DNA of 64,000 nt from a bacterium (GCA_020350725.1 CP070719.1:1579404-1643403); one strand, 5' to 3'; positions 50,044 through 60,270 are shown, counted from the stretch's first letter. A program made the numbers and translations. Notes: generated by a model from the letters alone, not told the origin.

Positions 50044-50882
50044 AAACGAGTTCGGCGGTGAAGAAGACCAGATCCACCTCCAGCAGCAGATCCGGGAAGC
50101 AGAGGTCTGGGGCGCACTGGATCAAGCTGGACGCCCAGGGCGTTTACTACAAGGACCTGAATCGGCAGATCCGGTCCCTGGCCCTTCAGGGAGATCGGAG
50201 GTTTGAGATCCACAACGTCTTCGGACAGCGTTACCTGGGTACGAACCTCTGGGGCATCGAGGGCCGGGACAGGATCGTGATCCGAGTATACGGCACGCCG
50301 GGTTCGGATATGGGGGCGTTCATGGACGGGCCCAGGATAGAGGTGTTCGGCAACGCCCAGGACGCCACCGGCAACACCATGAACTGCGGCCAGATCGCTA
50401 TCCACGGTTCCGCCGGAGATGTCCTCGGCTACGGCATGAGGGGGGGCGAGATCTACGTCCGGGACAACGTGGGGTACCGGGTCGGCATTCACATGAAGGA
50501 ATACAGGGATAAAATCCCGACGGTGGTCATCGGTGGCACGATGCAGGATTTCTTCGGGGAATACATGGCCGGAGGGAGGATCATCGTACTCAACAAGTTC
50601 TTCGCCGACAACCCCCCCGTTCGGAGGAGCTATTTCATCGGCACGGGGATGCACGGCGGCAATATCTACGTCCGCGGTGACGTGGACCTGCACCAGATCG
50701 GCGCGGAGGTCGGAATCGCCAGTCCCACGGATGCCGAGTGGAAGATCATCGAGAAATATGTGCACAATTTCTGCAAGGTCTTCGGGCTGGAGGAGAACAA
50801 GGCCAAACTCCTCAAGAGGCACAAGTTCACTCGATTATATGCCAAATCGTCCAGGCCATACGGCAGGCTGTATGCATACTGA
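50040..50882 (+). CDS. Glutamate synthase GXGXG subunit (GltB domain 3)
   Basis: ATGA overlap with the upstream gene; GTPGSDMGAFMDG, GNAQDATGNTM, GEYMAGG, GTGMHGG. Confidence 0.9.
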   Translation: MKTSSAVKKTRSTSSSRSGKQRSGAHWIKLDAQGVYYKDLNRQIRSLALQGDRRFEIHNVFGQRYLGTNLWGIEGRDRIVIRVYGTPGSDMGAFMDGPRIEVFGNAQDATGNTMNCGQIAIHGSAGDVLGYGMRGGEIYVRDNVGYRVGIHMKEYRDKIPTVVIGGTMQDFFGEYMAGGRIIVLNKFFADNPPVRRSYFIGTGMHGGNIYVRGDVDLHQIGAEVGIASPTDAEWKIIEKYVHNFCKVFGLEENKAKLLKRHKFTRLYAKSSRPYGRLYAY

Positions 50883-50950
50883 GGACTGAGTACTAAGGAC
50901 TAAGGACCAGGTGCTGATAGCTGAGTGCTGAGTATTGGACACTGGAAACT
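50881..50950 (+). repeat. Heptamer array of 10 units starting inside the stop codon
   Basis: gaggact gagtact aaggact aaggacc aggtgct gatagct gagtgct gagtatt ggacact ggaaact. Confidence 0.85.
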
Positions 50951-51030
50951 GATCCGAAAGGCCCCTTCCGGGGCCTACCCTCCGGATCAGGCCCGGCGCT
51001 TCCCCCGCTGCGGAGACGCCGGATATGCCT

Positions 51031-51513
51031 CTAGGGTGCCACGATCAACGGTTCCTCGATCCGGCCGGTCTCGATCTCCTTATCCGTGGCCTCCCGGATG
51101 TCGACCACTGTGACGTCGAAGTTGAGGGTCTCCCCGGCCAAGGGGTGGTTGGCATCCACTACGACCGAGTCCTCCCTGAGTTCAGTGACGGACATTACCA
51201 TGACGCCGGCATCGGTATTGGCCTGGAACCTCATGCCAACCTGGATCTCCCCCTCGAGATCGAAGTGATCCTTGGGAATCTCCTCTATCAGCTCCTCTCT
51301 GCGGGGTCCATAGGCGTCCTCCGGAGGGATGGACACCTTGATGGTGTCACCCGGCGATCTCCCCTCCAGGGCTTTTTCCAGGCCCGGGATTATGTGCCCT
51401 CTCCCGTGCAGGTAGGAAAGAGGTCCATGTCCCTGGGACGTGTCCAGGACCTGATCCTCGGAATCGGTAAGTGTGTAGTCGATACTTACGACCTTGTTAA
51501 GGGCTATATTCAC
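51031..51513 (-). CDS. slyD: FKBP-type PPIase SlyD (no His-rich tail)
   Basis: VVSIDYTL, PLSYLHG..IIPGLEKAL, PEDAYG, DANHPLAG.TL.F, IREAT. Confidence 0.93.
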   Translation of the reverse strand: MNIALNKVVSIDYTLTDSEDQVLDTSQGHGPLSYLHGRGHIIPGLEKALEGRSPGDTIKVSIPPEDAYGPRREELIEEIPKDHFDLEGEIQVGMRFQANTDAGVMVMSVTELREDSVVVDANHPLAGETLNFDVTVVDIREATDKEIETGRIEEPLIVAP

Positions 51514-51690
51514 TGTTTCCTCCTTTGGTAAGCATTCCAGGGGACCCTACATGGTCTGGACGGGAAGGTCAAATCGTAAGATGAAGGACCCTTATCGCGG
51601 GAGTTCGAGGGTCTGCTTCGGCCCGCCGCAGCCATGTCGACTTGCATGGGGCAGGGTAAATCATTTACGATGGAACGGGGAGGTGCATCA

Positions 51691-52437
51691 ATGGTCCTGA
51701 ACGAAAAACAGGTCGAGATGTGCAGGAGCAGCCGATGGGATTTTTCAGGCCTGAGTGCGCTGTTCCTCAATTGCACCCTGAAGCGGTCGCCGGAGATATC
51801 CCACACCGAGGGGCTGGTCAGGATATCCCGGGCCATCATGGAGAAAAACGGCGTCCGGACAGAGGTGCTGCGCCCCGTGGATCATGAGATCGCCAGCGGC
51901 GTCTATCCCGACATGACCGAGGCCGGGTGGTCCAGGGACGATTGGCCCTCGATCTACGAAAAGGTCCTGGGTGCGGACATCCTGGTGGTGACTTCACCCA
52001 TCTGGCTCGGTGAGAAATCCTCGGTGTGCACGAAGGTTATCGAGCGGCTCTACTCGACCTCAGGGGAACTGAATGAAAATGGACAGTACGCCTATTATGG
52101 GCGGGTTGGAGGGTGCCTGATCACGGGCAACGAGGACGGGGCCAAACACTGTGCCATGAACATCCTGTATTCCCTGCAGCACCTGGGTTACGTCATCCCC
52201 CCTCAGGCGGATGCGGCCTGGGTGGGCGAGGCCGGTCCCGGACCGTCCTACCTGGATCCCGGGTCGGGAGGGCCCGAAAACGATTTTACCAACCGGAACA
52301 CCACCTTCATGACGTGGAACCTCCTGCACCTGGCCCGCATGTTAAAGGATGCCGGCGGCGTGCCGGCTCACGGCAACCAGCGCTCCAGGTGGGAAGCGGG
52401 GTGCCGCTTCGACCACCCCAATCCGGAGTATCGGTGA
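51691..52437 (+). CDS. Flavodoxin family / NAD(P)H-dependent FMN reductase-like protein
   Basis: NCTLKRSP..SHT, ADILVVTSPIWLG, TGNEDG.KH; RBS GGAGG. Confidence 0.85.
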   Translation: MVLNEKQVEMCRSSRWDFSGLSALFLNCTLKRSPEISHTEGLVRISRAIMEKNGVRTEVLRPVDHEIASGVYPDMTEAGWSRDDWPSIYEKVLGADILVVTSPIWLGEKSSVCTKVIERLYSTSGELNENGQYAYYGRVGGCLITGNEDGAKHCAMNILYSLQHLGYVIPPQADAAWVGEAGPGPSYLDPGSGGPENDFTNRNTTFMTWNLLHLARMLKDAGGVPAHGNQRSRWEAGCRFDHPNPEYR

Positions 52438-52643
52438 GCGAGGCATCTCGAGGAGCGGCAGCCGACAGCCGATCCCGGACCGGCGCACGGGATCCCCGGG
52501 GGCCTCGGAGACCTCGGGCAGAGAGACCTTCCGTCCCTGGGGAGCGGGGCACGATCCGCTGCCGGTGCATGCGTCGCGCTTTGGCTGGGACAATTCTATG
52601 ACGGGAAGGAGCCTGACCAGGTGATCGCAGGGACGGCCAAACC

Positions 52644-54023
52644 ATGAACGGCAGAGCAAGGGGCACCTGGGTCCTGTCGTTTTTGGCCTTGATCGTTCTG
52701 ACCCTGTTCCTGCTGGTCTCTGCCATGACGAGAACGCCGGACCGCGATCTTGAGGAGATCGTCGAGTCAGGCCGCATCGTCATGATCACCCAGAACAGCG
52801 CCAACACCTATTACATTGACCGGGACGAGCCGAGCGGATTCGAATATGAACTGGCCCAGGAGTTCGCCGATTACCTCGGAGTCCAACTGGAGGTCATCAC
52901 CCCCGGATGGAGCCGGATGATCGACTTCCTCAACAGGGGAAGGGGAGACTTCATCGCCGCCGGCATGACGATAACACCCTCCCGGGAGGAATTGGTCGAT
53001 TTCTCCGACGAGTACCTCAGGGTTCAGCAGATGATCGTGGTCAACAAGGACAATCTCGAGGTGAGGTCCCTTGAGGACCTCAACGGCAGAACGGTGAAGT
53101 TGAGGGAGGACACCTCCTATCAGGAGCGCCTGATGGAGTTGAGGGATGAGGGCCTCGATGTCCGACTGGATCTTTTCCGGGACGTCCCCACCGAGGAGTT
53201 CATCCGGATGGTGGCCGAGGGCGAGATCGAGATCACCATCGCCGACTCCAATATCGCCATGCTGAACCGCCGATATTACCCTGACGTCCGGATCGCCTTT
53301 CCCGTCCAGGAGGACGAGCCGCTCGGCTGGGCCGTTCGGAAGGGCAGTCTTGAACTTGTCGAGAAGATCAACGGATTCTTCGAGCACATCAAGGGGAACG
53401 GAGTTTACAATCAGGTCCTGGCCCGCCACTACGGCAACCTGGAGGCCTTCGAATACCACGAATTGAAGAGGTTCCACGGTATGATCGAGACCAGGATGCC
53501 GGAGTACCGGAATATCATCGTCAGGGAGGCCGAGAAGCACGCCATCGATTGGAGGTTGATCGCCGCGGTTGTCTACCAGGAATCCCATTTCAACCCGAGG
53601 GCCTGGAGCTATACCGGTGTGCGGGGCCTGATGCAGGTGACCAAAAAAACGGCTGAAGAGATGGGGATCAGCGATCGCCTCGATCCCGAGGAGAGCATCA
53701 AAGCGGGGGTGGGTTACATCGCCAAATTGTACAGCCGCTTCGATGAGGTCGAGGAGGATTTCGAGCGGATGACCTTTGCCCTGGCCAGCTACAATGTCGG
53801 TTATGGCCACGTCCGCGACGCCCAGAGGCTGGCCAGGCGGCAGGGGCTCGATCCCAACAGGTGGTCCTCCCTGAAAAAAACCCTTCCTCTGCTGAGATAC
53901 CCGAAATATTACCGCCAGACGGTCTTCGGGTACGCCCGGGGTACGGAACCGGTGCGTTTCGTGGAGAGGGTGCGCCTTTATTACGATATCCTGAGGCGGA
54001 AGTCTGCCTATGAGCCGGCGTAA
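52644..54023 (+). CDS. mltF: Membrane-bound lytic murein transglycosylase MltF
   Basis: Periplasmic-binding domain (GFEYELA) plus SLT domain (YQESHFNP.A.S.TGVRGLMQ, ASYNVGYGHV.DA, GYARG.EPV). Confidence 0.92.
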   Translation: MNGRARGTWVLSFLALIVLTLFLLVSAMTRTPDRDLEEIVESGRIVMITQNSANTYYIDRDEPSGFEYELAQEFADYLGVQLEVITPGWSRMIDFLNRGRGDFIAAGMTITPSREELVDFSDEYLRVQQMIVVNKDNLEVRSLEDLNGRTVKLREDTSYQERLMELRDEGLDVRLDLFRDVPTEEFIRMVAEGEIEITIADSNIAMLNRRYYPDVRIAFPVQEDEPLGWAVRKGSLELVEKINGFFEHIKGNGVYNQVLARHYGNLEAFEYHELKRFHGMIETRMPEYRNIIVREAEKHAIDWRLIAAVVYQESHFNPRAWSYTGVRGLMQVTKKTAEEMGISDRLDPEESIKAGVGYIAKLYSRFDEVEEDFERMTFALASYNVGYGHVRDAQRLARRQGLDPNRWSSLKKTLPLLRYPKYYRQTVFGYARGTEPVRFVERVRLYYDILRRKSAYEPA

Positions 54024-54198
54024 CAGAGATCCGTGATCAGCAGAGGCGAGGGACGCCCGAGAAAAGAGAAGGGGACAAGCGCTCTTTCCGGATCAGGAAT
54101 GGCTGGTTTCAGACAACTGTGGACCGGGAATTCTTCGACAGGCGCGGGACAGCTTGGCAACGGGTAACTGTATTCAGAGAACTGTGGATCGGAATACC

Positions 54199-54765
54199 AT
54201 GAGTAGCGTTAACAGATGCCCCTGGGCGGAGAGCAGCGAGCTGATGATCAAATACCATGACCTGGAGTGGGGAGTTCCGCTGCACGATGACCGCGGCCTT
54301 TTCGAGTTCCTTGTCCTCGATGCGTTTCAGGCCGGACTGAGCTGGGAGATCACGCTGAGAAAGAGGGAGGCCTTCCGCTCGGCCTTCGATGGCTTCGATC
54401 CGGAGACCGTGGCATCCTACGACGGGCGGAAAAGAGAGGAGCTGCTCGGCAACCCGTCAATCATCCGCAACAGGAAAAAGATCGAGGCTTCCATCGCCAA
54501 CGCGGGACTCTTTCTGGACATCCGAAACGCATTCGGCAGCTTTGATGACTACATCTGGGGGTTCACCGGCGGGCGGGTCATCCGAAACTCCTGGCAGTCG
54601 GTGGATCAGATACCTGCCTTCACCGCTGAGTCGGAGGCCATGAGCCGGGATCTGAGGGGACGCGGGTTCAGGTTCGTCGGACCGACCATCTGTTACTCCT
54701 TCATGCAGGCCGCCGGAATGGTCAACGATCACCTTGTGAGCTGTTTCCGGTACGATGAAGTTTGA
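54199..54765 (+). CDS. tag: DNA-3-methyladenine glycosylase I
   Basis: RCPW, YHD.EWG.P, QAGLSW, IIRNR.KI, FVGPTICYSFMQA.G.VNDH..SC. Confidence 0.95.
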   Translation: MSSVNRCPWAESSELMIKYHDLEWGVPLHDDRGLFEFLVLDAFQAGLSWEITLRKREAFRSAFDGFDPETVASYDGRKREELLGNPSIIRNRKKIEASIANAGLFLDIRNAFGSFDDYIWGFTGGRVIRNSWQSVDQIPAFTAESEAMSRDLRGRGFRFVGPTICYSFMQAAGMVNDHLVSCFRYDEV

Positions 54766-54780
54766 CGTTTGAGGCCTTTT

Positions 54781-54998
54781 AATCCAATCCAAAATCCAAA
54801 AAAAAGCTCCGAAAACAAGGATTTGAGGTTGGAAGATCCTTCTGAATCAGGGATCTCAAGTCCGTCCGCCGCCCCATCAGCTCCCATCTGAGTTGAAAGA
54901 TTAAGCGATAAGATAGGTTCAATTTCTCAGGAAGTATTAACCGGGTCAACCTTGTGTTTTTTGGATTTTGGACTTTGGATTTTAGATCTGGAAATCTG
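54781..54998. repeat. Inverted (TCCAAAA)/(TTTTGGA) heptamer arrays between convergent genes
   Basis: aatccaatccaaaatccaaaa ... tttttggattttggactttggattttagatctgg. Confidence 0.8.
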
Positions 54999-55012
54999 AT
55001 GGCCGGGATGGT

Positions 55013-55330
55013 TCACTCCGGCCGGTGCGGGATCTTCCTCGGCCGACCCAGCCGGCCCCTCCTCGGGCCCATTACCGACCTCTTCTTCTTCAGGATGCGC
55101 CCAAGCTCCCGCCGGTCGACGACGGGTACGCCGGCCGCCCTGACAAGGTGGATCTCTCCCCCCCTGATGTCGTAATGCTCGGCATAGGTGTGCAGGGCGT
55201 GGATCCTGCGTCTTATCAGACCGATCCTGTCAGCGAACTCCTCAAGTTCCCTGGAGCCGGCCTCGCCGGCCTTGTCGGAGAAGAGATGTGCCCAGCCGTC
55301 GCTCCTCGGTCTGTCCATGAAGATAGCCAT
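55013..55330 (-). CDS. DUF4031-like protein
   Basis: MAIFMD.P....WAHL.SD...EL..FA..IGL.RR......HYDI...GV..V.RREL. Confidence 0.75.
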   Translation of the reverse strand: MAIFMDRPRSDGWAHLFSDKAGEAGSRELEEFADRIGLIRRRIHALHTYAEHYDIRGGEIHLVRAAGVPVVDRRELGRILKKKRSVMGPRRGRLGRPRKIPHRPE

Positions 55331-55421
55331 AATTCGTGGAATCAGGTCCGGTTCCCGCTTTGGACTTTGGATTTTGGAATTTGGATCATTGAGGGGGTTG
55401 TTCTGAAGGGTGTCCGCAGAG

Positions 55422-55682
55422 CTAGGAGGCATCCTCCAGCTTGTGGCAGAAGTAGCATTTGAATTTGCCTGTCGGGACCGATCCATCCTCCAGGGTATGG
55501 TCCTCGGGCAGGACGCCCGGGGGGTGGCAGGAAAGGCAGGGCGTGGGGTCTTTCCTGCGTCCTCCGTGGTCTCCATCACGCGGCATCCGGGGAGTGGTGG
55601 ATTCGGGGGCCATCAGGAAGAAAGCGAGGATTCCCACACAGACGACAACGAAGATCAGGCTCTGCCAGCGCTTCTTGTCCAT
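55422..55682 (-). CDS. Small membrane-anchored diheme c-type cytochrome
   Basis: N-terminal TM; CLSCH and CYFCH; two additional His residues (DGDH, PEDH). Confidence 0.8.
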   Translation of the reverse strand: MDKKRWQSLIFVVVCVGILAFFLMAPESTTPRMPRDGDHGGRRKDPTPCLSCHPPGVLPEDHTLEDGSVPTGKFKCYFCHKLEDAS

Positions 55683-55867
55683 AATGACGTCCTTTCTACA
55701 CCATTTGATCCTTCCGGTACAGTTTCTTTCCGGGGAGAAAGGGGAGCCGGTTGATTTGTCGAAGGAGATGGCTATAATACTTACTATATAACTCAAGAAA
55801 TGTCCATTGAGCACCGGTTCCTCGCGGAGAGGAGCCGGACTTTTCAGAGAGAGAAAGGACGACGGGT

Positions 55868-56722
55868 ATGAGTGATGTGCGCGTTCCGATAAGGGTCTTT
55901 CCGAGCAGGCCGACGCTCGAGGGTGCCGGTGTCCGGCTCAGAAGAGCCTTCGGCTACTACGAGGTCCCCCAATTCGACCCCTTCCTCCTCCTTGATGACA
56001 TCCACTCCCTGGATCCGGAGGATTACACCGCCGGCTTCCCGTGGCATCCCCACAGGGGGATCGAGACGGTGACCTATGTCATCCACGGTGAAGTGGAGCA
56101 CGGTGACAGCATCGGCAACAGGGGGGATATCCGGGACGGTGACGTCCAGTGGATGACCGCCGGCAGCGGGATCATCCACCAGGAGATGCCCCACCGGATC
56201 GAAGGCGACATGCGGGGTCTCCAGCTGTGGGTGAACCTGCCGGCCAGCCACAAGATGATGGAGCCGCGGTACCGGGACGTCCCGGCGGAAACCATTCCCG
56301 CGGTCACGCTGGAGGACGGCACGGTGATCAAGGTGATCGCCGGCAGGTATGACGGCACCGAGGGCCCGGTGAAGGACATCGTCAGGAGCCCGGAATACCT
56401 GGATGTGTCGGTCCCGCCCCATACCTCTTTCACCCGCAGTACGGAGCCGGGCCACACCGTTTTCGCCTACGTACTCGACGGCGAGGCATCCTTCGGTCCC
56501 GGCGGCACCGACCCCGCCGGGCCGGACAGCGTCGTCCTGTTCGGTAAGGGGGACAGGGTGGCAGTCCGGGCTTCCGGGAAGGGGGTCCGTTTTCTCCTCA
56601 TCTCGGGAGAGCCCCTGGGTGAGCCGGTGGCGTGGCGCGGCCCCATCGTCATGAACTCCCAGGAGGAGCTGGATCTGGCCTTCAGGGAGTACCGTGAGGG
56701 GACGTTTATAAAGAGCGGTTAA
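55868..56722 (+). CDS. Pirin family protein
   Basis: EGAGV, DPFLLLD, GFPWHPHRGIETVTY, QWMTAGSGIIHQE, QLWVNLP, GPIVMN. Confidence 0.95.
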   Translation: MSDVRVPIRVFPSRPTLEGAGVRLRRAFGYYEVPQFDPFLLLDDIHSLDPEDYTAGFPWHPHRGIETVTYVIHGEVEHGDSIGNRGDIRDGDVQWMTAGSGIIHQEMPHRIEGDMRGLQLWVNLPASHKMMEPRYRDVPAETIPAVTLEDGTVIKVIAGRYDGTEGPVKDIVRSPEYLDVSVPPHTSFTRSTEPGHTVFAYVLDGEASFGPGGTDPAGPDSVVLFGKGDRVAVRASGKGVRFLLISGEPLGEPVAWRGPIVMNSQEELDLAFREYREGTFIKSG

Positions 56723-56962
56723 GGGAAACAGGACTATGCCTGTCTTTTCCGGGGAAGGTTTTCAGGGGTCGTGATTCAGCGGTCAGGAACAGGCACTGAG
56801 ACCCTCTTTTTCCCCTTCCACTCCTGTCTTTCCACTGGACACAGGTGCCCTTTTCGTGAGGAAACCCGTAAACCCGGTCTGCTATAATCTCGAAGGCTGA
56901 ACATCCGCTCCCCGTTGCTACCGGGTAAGGGGAGGCGGGGCATGGAATACGGGGAGGCGATC

Positions 56963-57838
56963 ATGGGCAGAACGGCACTCGTACTGAGCGGGGGAGGGGC
57001 CAAGGGTGCTTTCCAGGTGGGGGTGGAGAAGTATCTCAGGGAGGAGAAGGGCTTCAGCTGGGATATCATCGCCGGCGTGTCCGTGGGGGCCCTGAACGGG
57101 GCCATGCTGGCCATGGAGAGGTACCGGCGCCTCGAGGTCATCTGGAGGACCATCTGTCACAACAGGGTCTACACCGGGAAGGTAAACCTCTGGACCGCCG
57201 TCCGGCTTTTCATGGGGAAACTCTCCATTTACGGCAACGATCCCCTGGCGGAGATCATCGAGTCGGAGGTGGAACCGGAGAACTTCAAGGTCGACTTAAG
57301 GGTCGGCACCGTCTCCCTGAGGACGGGCAGGTACACCATCTACAGGGGTGACGATCCCAATATCAAAAAGGCCATATTGGCATCCACCGTCGTTCCCCTG
57401 CTCTGGCCTCCCCAGTACGTTTCATCCGAGTGCCAATACATGGTGGACGGCTCCCTGATCCGCTTTTCCCCCATAGGGGATGTCCTGGATGCCGACCCTG
57501 AAGAGGTGGTGGTCATCAACTGCTGGCCAAGGGACCGCGGACCGAGGTCGGGCAGATTCAGAAACGTCCTCGACATCGGGCTGAGGGCCCTTGACATCTC
57601 ATCGGCCGGCATCATCTCCTCGGACATCCACGAGTTCACCCATATCAACCGCAATGTCAAGGAGGCGGGCGAACACGGAGTGACGCTGCACAACGAGAAG
57701 GGAAAACCGTACAAATTCTATAAATACCTCATCATTGAACCGGAAGAATACCTCGGCAGCCTCCTTGACTTCTCCTACGACGCGATCCAGGGGCACGTGG
57801 AGAAGGGGTGGAACCGGGCCAAGGAAATATTGGGTTAA
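56963..57838 (+). CDS. Patatin-like phospholipase
   Basis: LSGGGAKG, GVSVG nucleophile motif, DGS in place of DGG. Confidence 0.88.
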   Translation: MGRTALVLSGGGAKGAFQVGVEKYLREEKGFSWDIIAGVSVGALNGAMLAMERYRRLEVIWRTICHNRVYTGKVNLWTAVRLFMGKLSIYGNDPLAEIIESEVEPENFKVDLRVGTVSLRTGRYTIYRGDDPNIKKAILASTVVPLLWPPQYVSSECQYMVDGSLIRFSPIGDVLDADPEEVVVINCWPRDRGPRSGRFRNVLDIGLRALDISSAGIISSDIHEFTHINRNVKEAGEHGVTLHNEKGKPYKFYKYLIIEPEEYLGSLLDFSYDAIQGHVEKGWNRAKEILG

Positions 57839-58112
57839 TCGTTTCCCTGGCGGGGAGTATTAAGTGAAAAGGGCTAGGTGCTAGGATAAAATACCGGCAA
57901 GAGATCACCCGCTGATGTCACATCAGCACATTGGCCAGACCGAGCAATTAATGATCCAGTAATTATGTTATAAAAATTAAATATATTAAGTATTTAAGAA
58001 TTTAGATTCATGTTAAACATTAAGTATGAGTCTTGCGCATTGAACGGAATAATGATAGCGATAAGCCCTGTTTTGCTTGGCTCTTAACCCTTAGTTCTCA
58101 GACCGATATGCC

Positions 58113-58319
58113 ATGAACCCCAAAGCCGAGGAAATACGCATCCGCTACCTGAACCGGAGGAAGGTCCTGACGGGCGAAGTTAAGGTCCGCCTGGCGGCGG
58201 CCAGGAGGCTGGTCGGTCCCGACTGCGCCTATCACCTCTACGGGTTCCTCAAGGCGGCGGATCTGGAAGAAGACAAACCCAGATCCGGGATCCAAGGCCC
58301 AAAAGCCAAAATCAAGTAG
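58113..58319 (+). CDS. Small hypothetical protein; C-terminus encoded by a heptamer array
   Basis: GC-rich, coding-like segment after an AT-rich promoter-like region; weak RBS. Confidence 0.4.
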   Translation: MNPKAEEIRIRYLNRRKVLTGEVKVRLAAARRLVGPDCAYHLYGFLKAADLEEDKPRSGIQGPKAKIK

Positions 58320-58449
58320 AAAACCGGAGCATTCCTGACCCTGAAGTTACCGGGATTGTCTCGAGTACTTCCACCTCTGATTCCGGAGAACTCAGACTTC
58401 AAACCCCAAACACCTTCCTCCCTTTCCACTTTCCCCTGAGAAAGCAGTC

Positions 58450-60270
58450 TCAATCCTCGTAGAGTGCGTCCAGCACCGGCCCGAACTTCTCTGAGACAAC
58501 CTTTCTCTTCACCTTCATCGTCGGGGTCAGTTCCCCCTCCTCCTCGGACAGTTCACGGTCAAGGAGGTGGATCCTCTTCACCCTCTCGAAGGAGGCCAGA
58601 TCCCCCGTCCTCGCCCCGATGCGCTCCATGAGGAGGTCGTAAAGCCGTCTGTTGGAGGAGAGGGCTTCGGGGGTCAGGTCCTCCCCGGAAAGCCCTTCAA
58701 GACCTATCTGATGGGCCATGGCGGCTATCCGCTCGTAGTTCGGGACCACCAGGGCGGTAAGGAAATTCCTCCCATCCCCGTAGACCATGACCTGGTTGAT
58801 CAGGTCGTCCTCCACGATGAGGTTCTCGACCACCGCCGGAGAGACGTTCTTGCCGCCTGAGGTAACCAGTATGTCCTTTTTGCGGCCGGTGATCCTGATG
58901 TAGCCGTCCTCGATCTCCGCGAGATCGCCGGTGTGCAGCCAGCCGTTCCGTATCGCCCCTGATGTGGCGGCAGGATCGTTGTCATAACCGAGCATGACGT
59001 TGGGACCGGCGACGAGGAGCTCGCCGTCCTCGGCGATCCTGACCTCGATGCCGGGCAGGGGCCTGCCCACCGTCCCCGGCCTGAGGGCCCCCAGCGGGTT
59101 GACCGATACCACGGGTGCGGCCTCCGTCAGGCCGTAGCCCTCCATGATCTGGATTCCGGCAGCCAGGAAGAACTCGATGATCTCCGGAGCGAGCGGCGCC
59201 CCGCCGGAGACGAAAAACCGCAGCCGCCCGCCCAGCTTGGCCTTGAGCCTGGAGAAAACCATGCGGTCGGCGATACGGTATTTCAGCTCCAGTAGCGGTC
59301 CCGGCCTTTTACCGGACATGAGCAGGCCGTTGCGAGTCCTGCCCACGCCCATGCCCCAGTGGAAGATCTTCTGCCTGATGGCCGGTGCCTGCCGCAGGGC
59401 GTCGAGCACTTTGGTGTGGAGTTTCTCGAAAAACCGGGGTACCGAGATCATCACGGTGGGTTTCACCTCGGGCAGATTGTCCGCCACCCGCAGCATGGAG
59501 GTGGCGTAGGCGATGGTCGCCCCGGCCATGATCATGAGGAACTGTCCGACGGTTCGTTCGAAAACGTGGCTGAGGGGCAGGAAACTCAGGTGGATGTCCC
59601 CGGGGCCGACCGGCTGGGCGGAAAGACCCGCCTGGGCATCGAACAGGATATTGCCGTGGGTGAGCATCACCCCTTTCGGGTCACCGGTGGTCCCGGATGT
59701 GTAGATGATGGTGGCCACGTCGCCCGGCCCGGCGGAATCGATCCGTTCGTCGAGCTCCCTGCCGCCGGCCGCGAGGAAATCCGCGCCCTTGAGCTTGAGT
59801 GTGCCGTAGTCCATGGAGCACTCTCCGGCGTCGTCAACGCCGACAGGGTCCAGGGAGATGATGGTGTCCAGCAGGGGGCTGCACGACAAAAGCATCTCGG
59901 CCTGGTCCGATCGGGCGACAAAGGCGACCCGGGCACCCGATCTACCCAGGATCCGGTCGGCCTGCACCAGGGGTATGGTGTGGTAGATGGGGATGGTGAT
60001 GGCCCCGGCGGCCATGATGGCCAGGTCGGTCACCAGCCACTCCGGGCGGTTGTAAGCCATGACGGCCACCCTGTCCCCCTGCTTGACCCCGATGGCGACC
60101 AAGCCCGCCGCCGCCTCGCGGATCTGGGAAGCTATCTCCTCCCAGCTGATGGGCCGGTAGAAGCCGCTCTTTCCCTCCAGAACGGATGCCGCCCTGCCGA
60201 GGCGCTCCGCCTGGGCGAAGTACATCCGGGGTAAAGTGCCGTAGGTTTCGACCGCGTCCTGGTCATTCAC
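58450..60270 (-). CDS. Long-chain fatty acid--CoA ligase
   Basis: IIYTSGTTGDPKGVML, EGYGLTE, GWLHTGD, GRKKD, ELTPTMK.KR. Confidence 0.93.
   Translation of the reverse strand: MNDQDAVETYGTLPRMYFAQAERLGRAASVLEGKSGFYRPISWEEIASQIREAAAGLVAIGVKQGDRVAVMAYNRPEWLVTDLAIMAAGAITIPIYHTIPLVQADRILGRSGARVAFVARSDQAEMLLSCSPLLDTIISLDPVGVDDAGECSMDYGTLKLKGADFLAAGGRELDERIDSAGPGDVATIIYTSGTTGDPKGVMLTHGNILFDAQAGLSAQPVGPGDIHLSFLPLSHVFERTVGQFLMIMAGATIAYATSMLRVADNLPEVKPTVMISVPRFFEKLHTKVLDALRQAPAIRQKIFHWGMGVGRTRNGLLMSGKRPGPLLELKYRIADRMVFSRLKAKLGGRLRFFVSGGAPLAPEIIEFFLAAGIQIMEGYGLTEAAPVVSVNPLGALRPGTVGRPLPGIEVRIAEDGELLVAGPNVMLGYDNDPAATSGAIRNGWLHTGDLAEIEDGYIRITGRKKDILVTSGGKNVSPAVVENLIVEDDLINQVMVYGDGRNFLTALVVPNYERIAAMAHQIGLEGLSGEDLTPEALSSNRRLYDLLMERIGARTGDLASFERVKRIHLLDRELSEEEGELTPTMKVKRKVVSEKFGPVLDALYED

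Noticed and set aside
56963..57838. Patatin (or the dGTPase at 26996) as an anti-phage effector
   Set aside because: No CD-NTase or other defence genes are adjacent, and both genes have host-like composition in housekeeping context.
57946..57973. dif site (TTATGTTATAA resembles a XerD arm)
   Set aside because: No XerC arm ending in ATAA lies 6 nt upstream.
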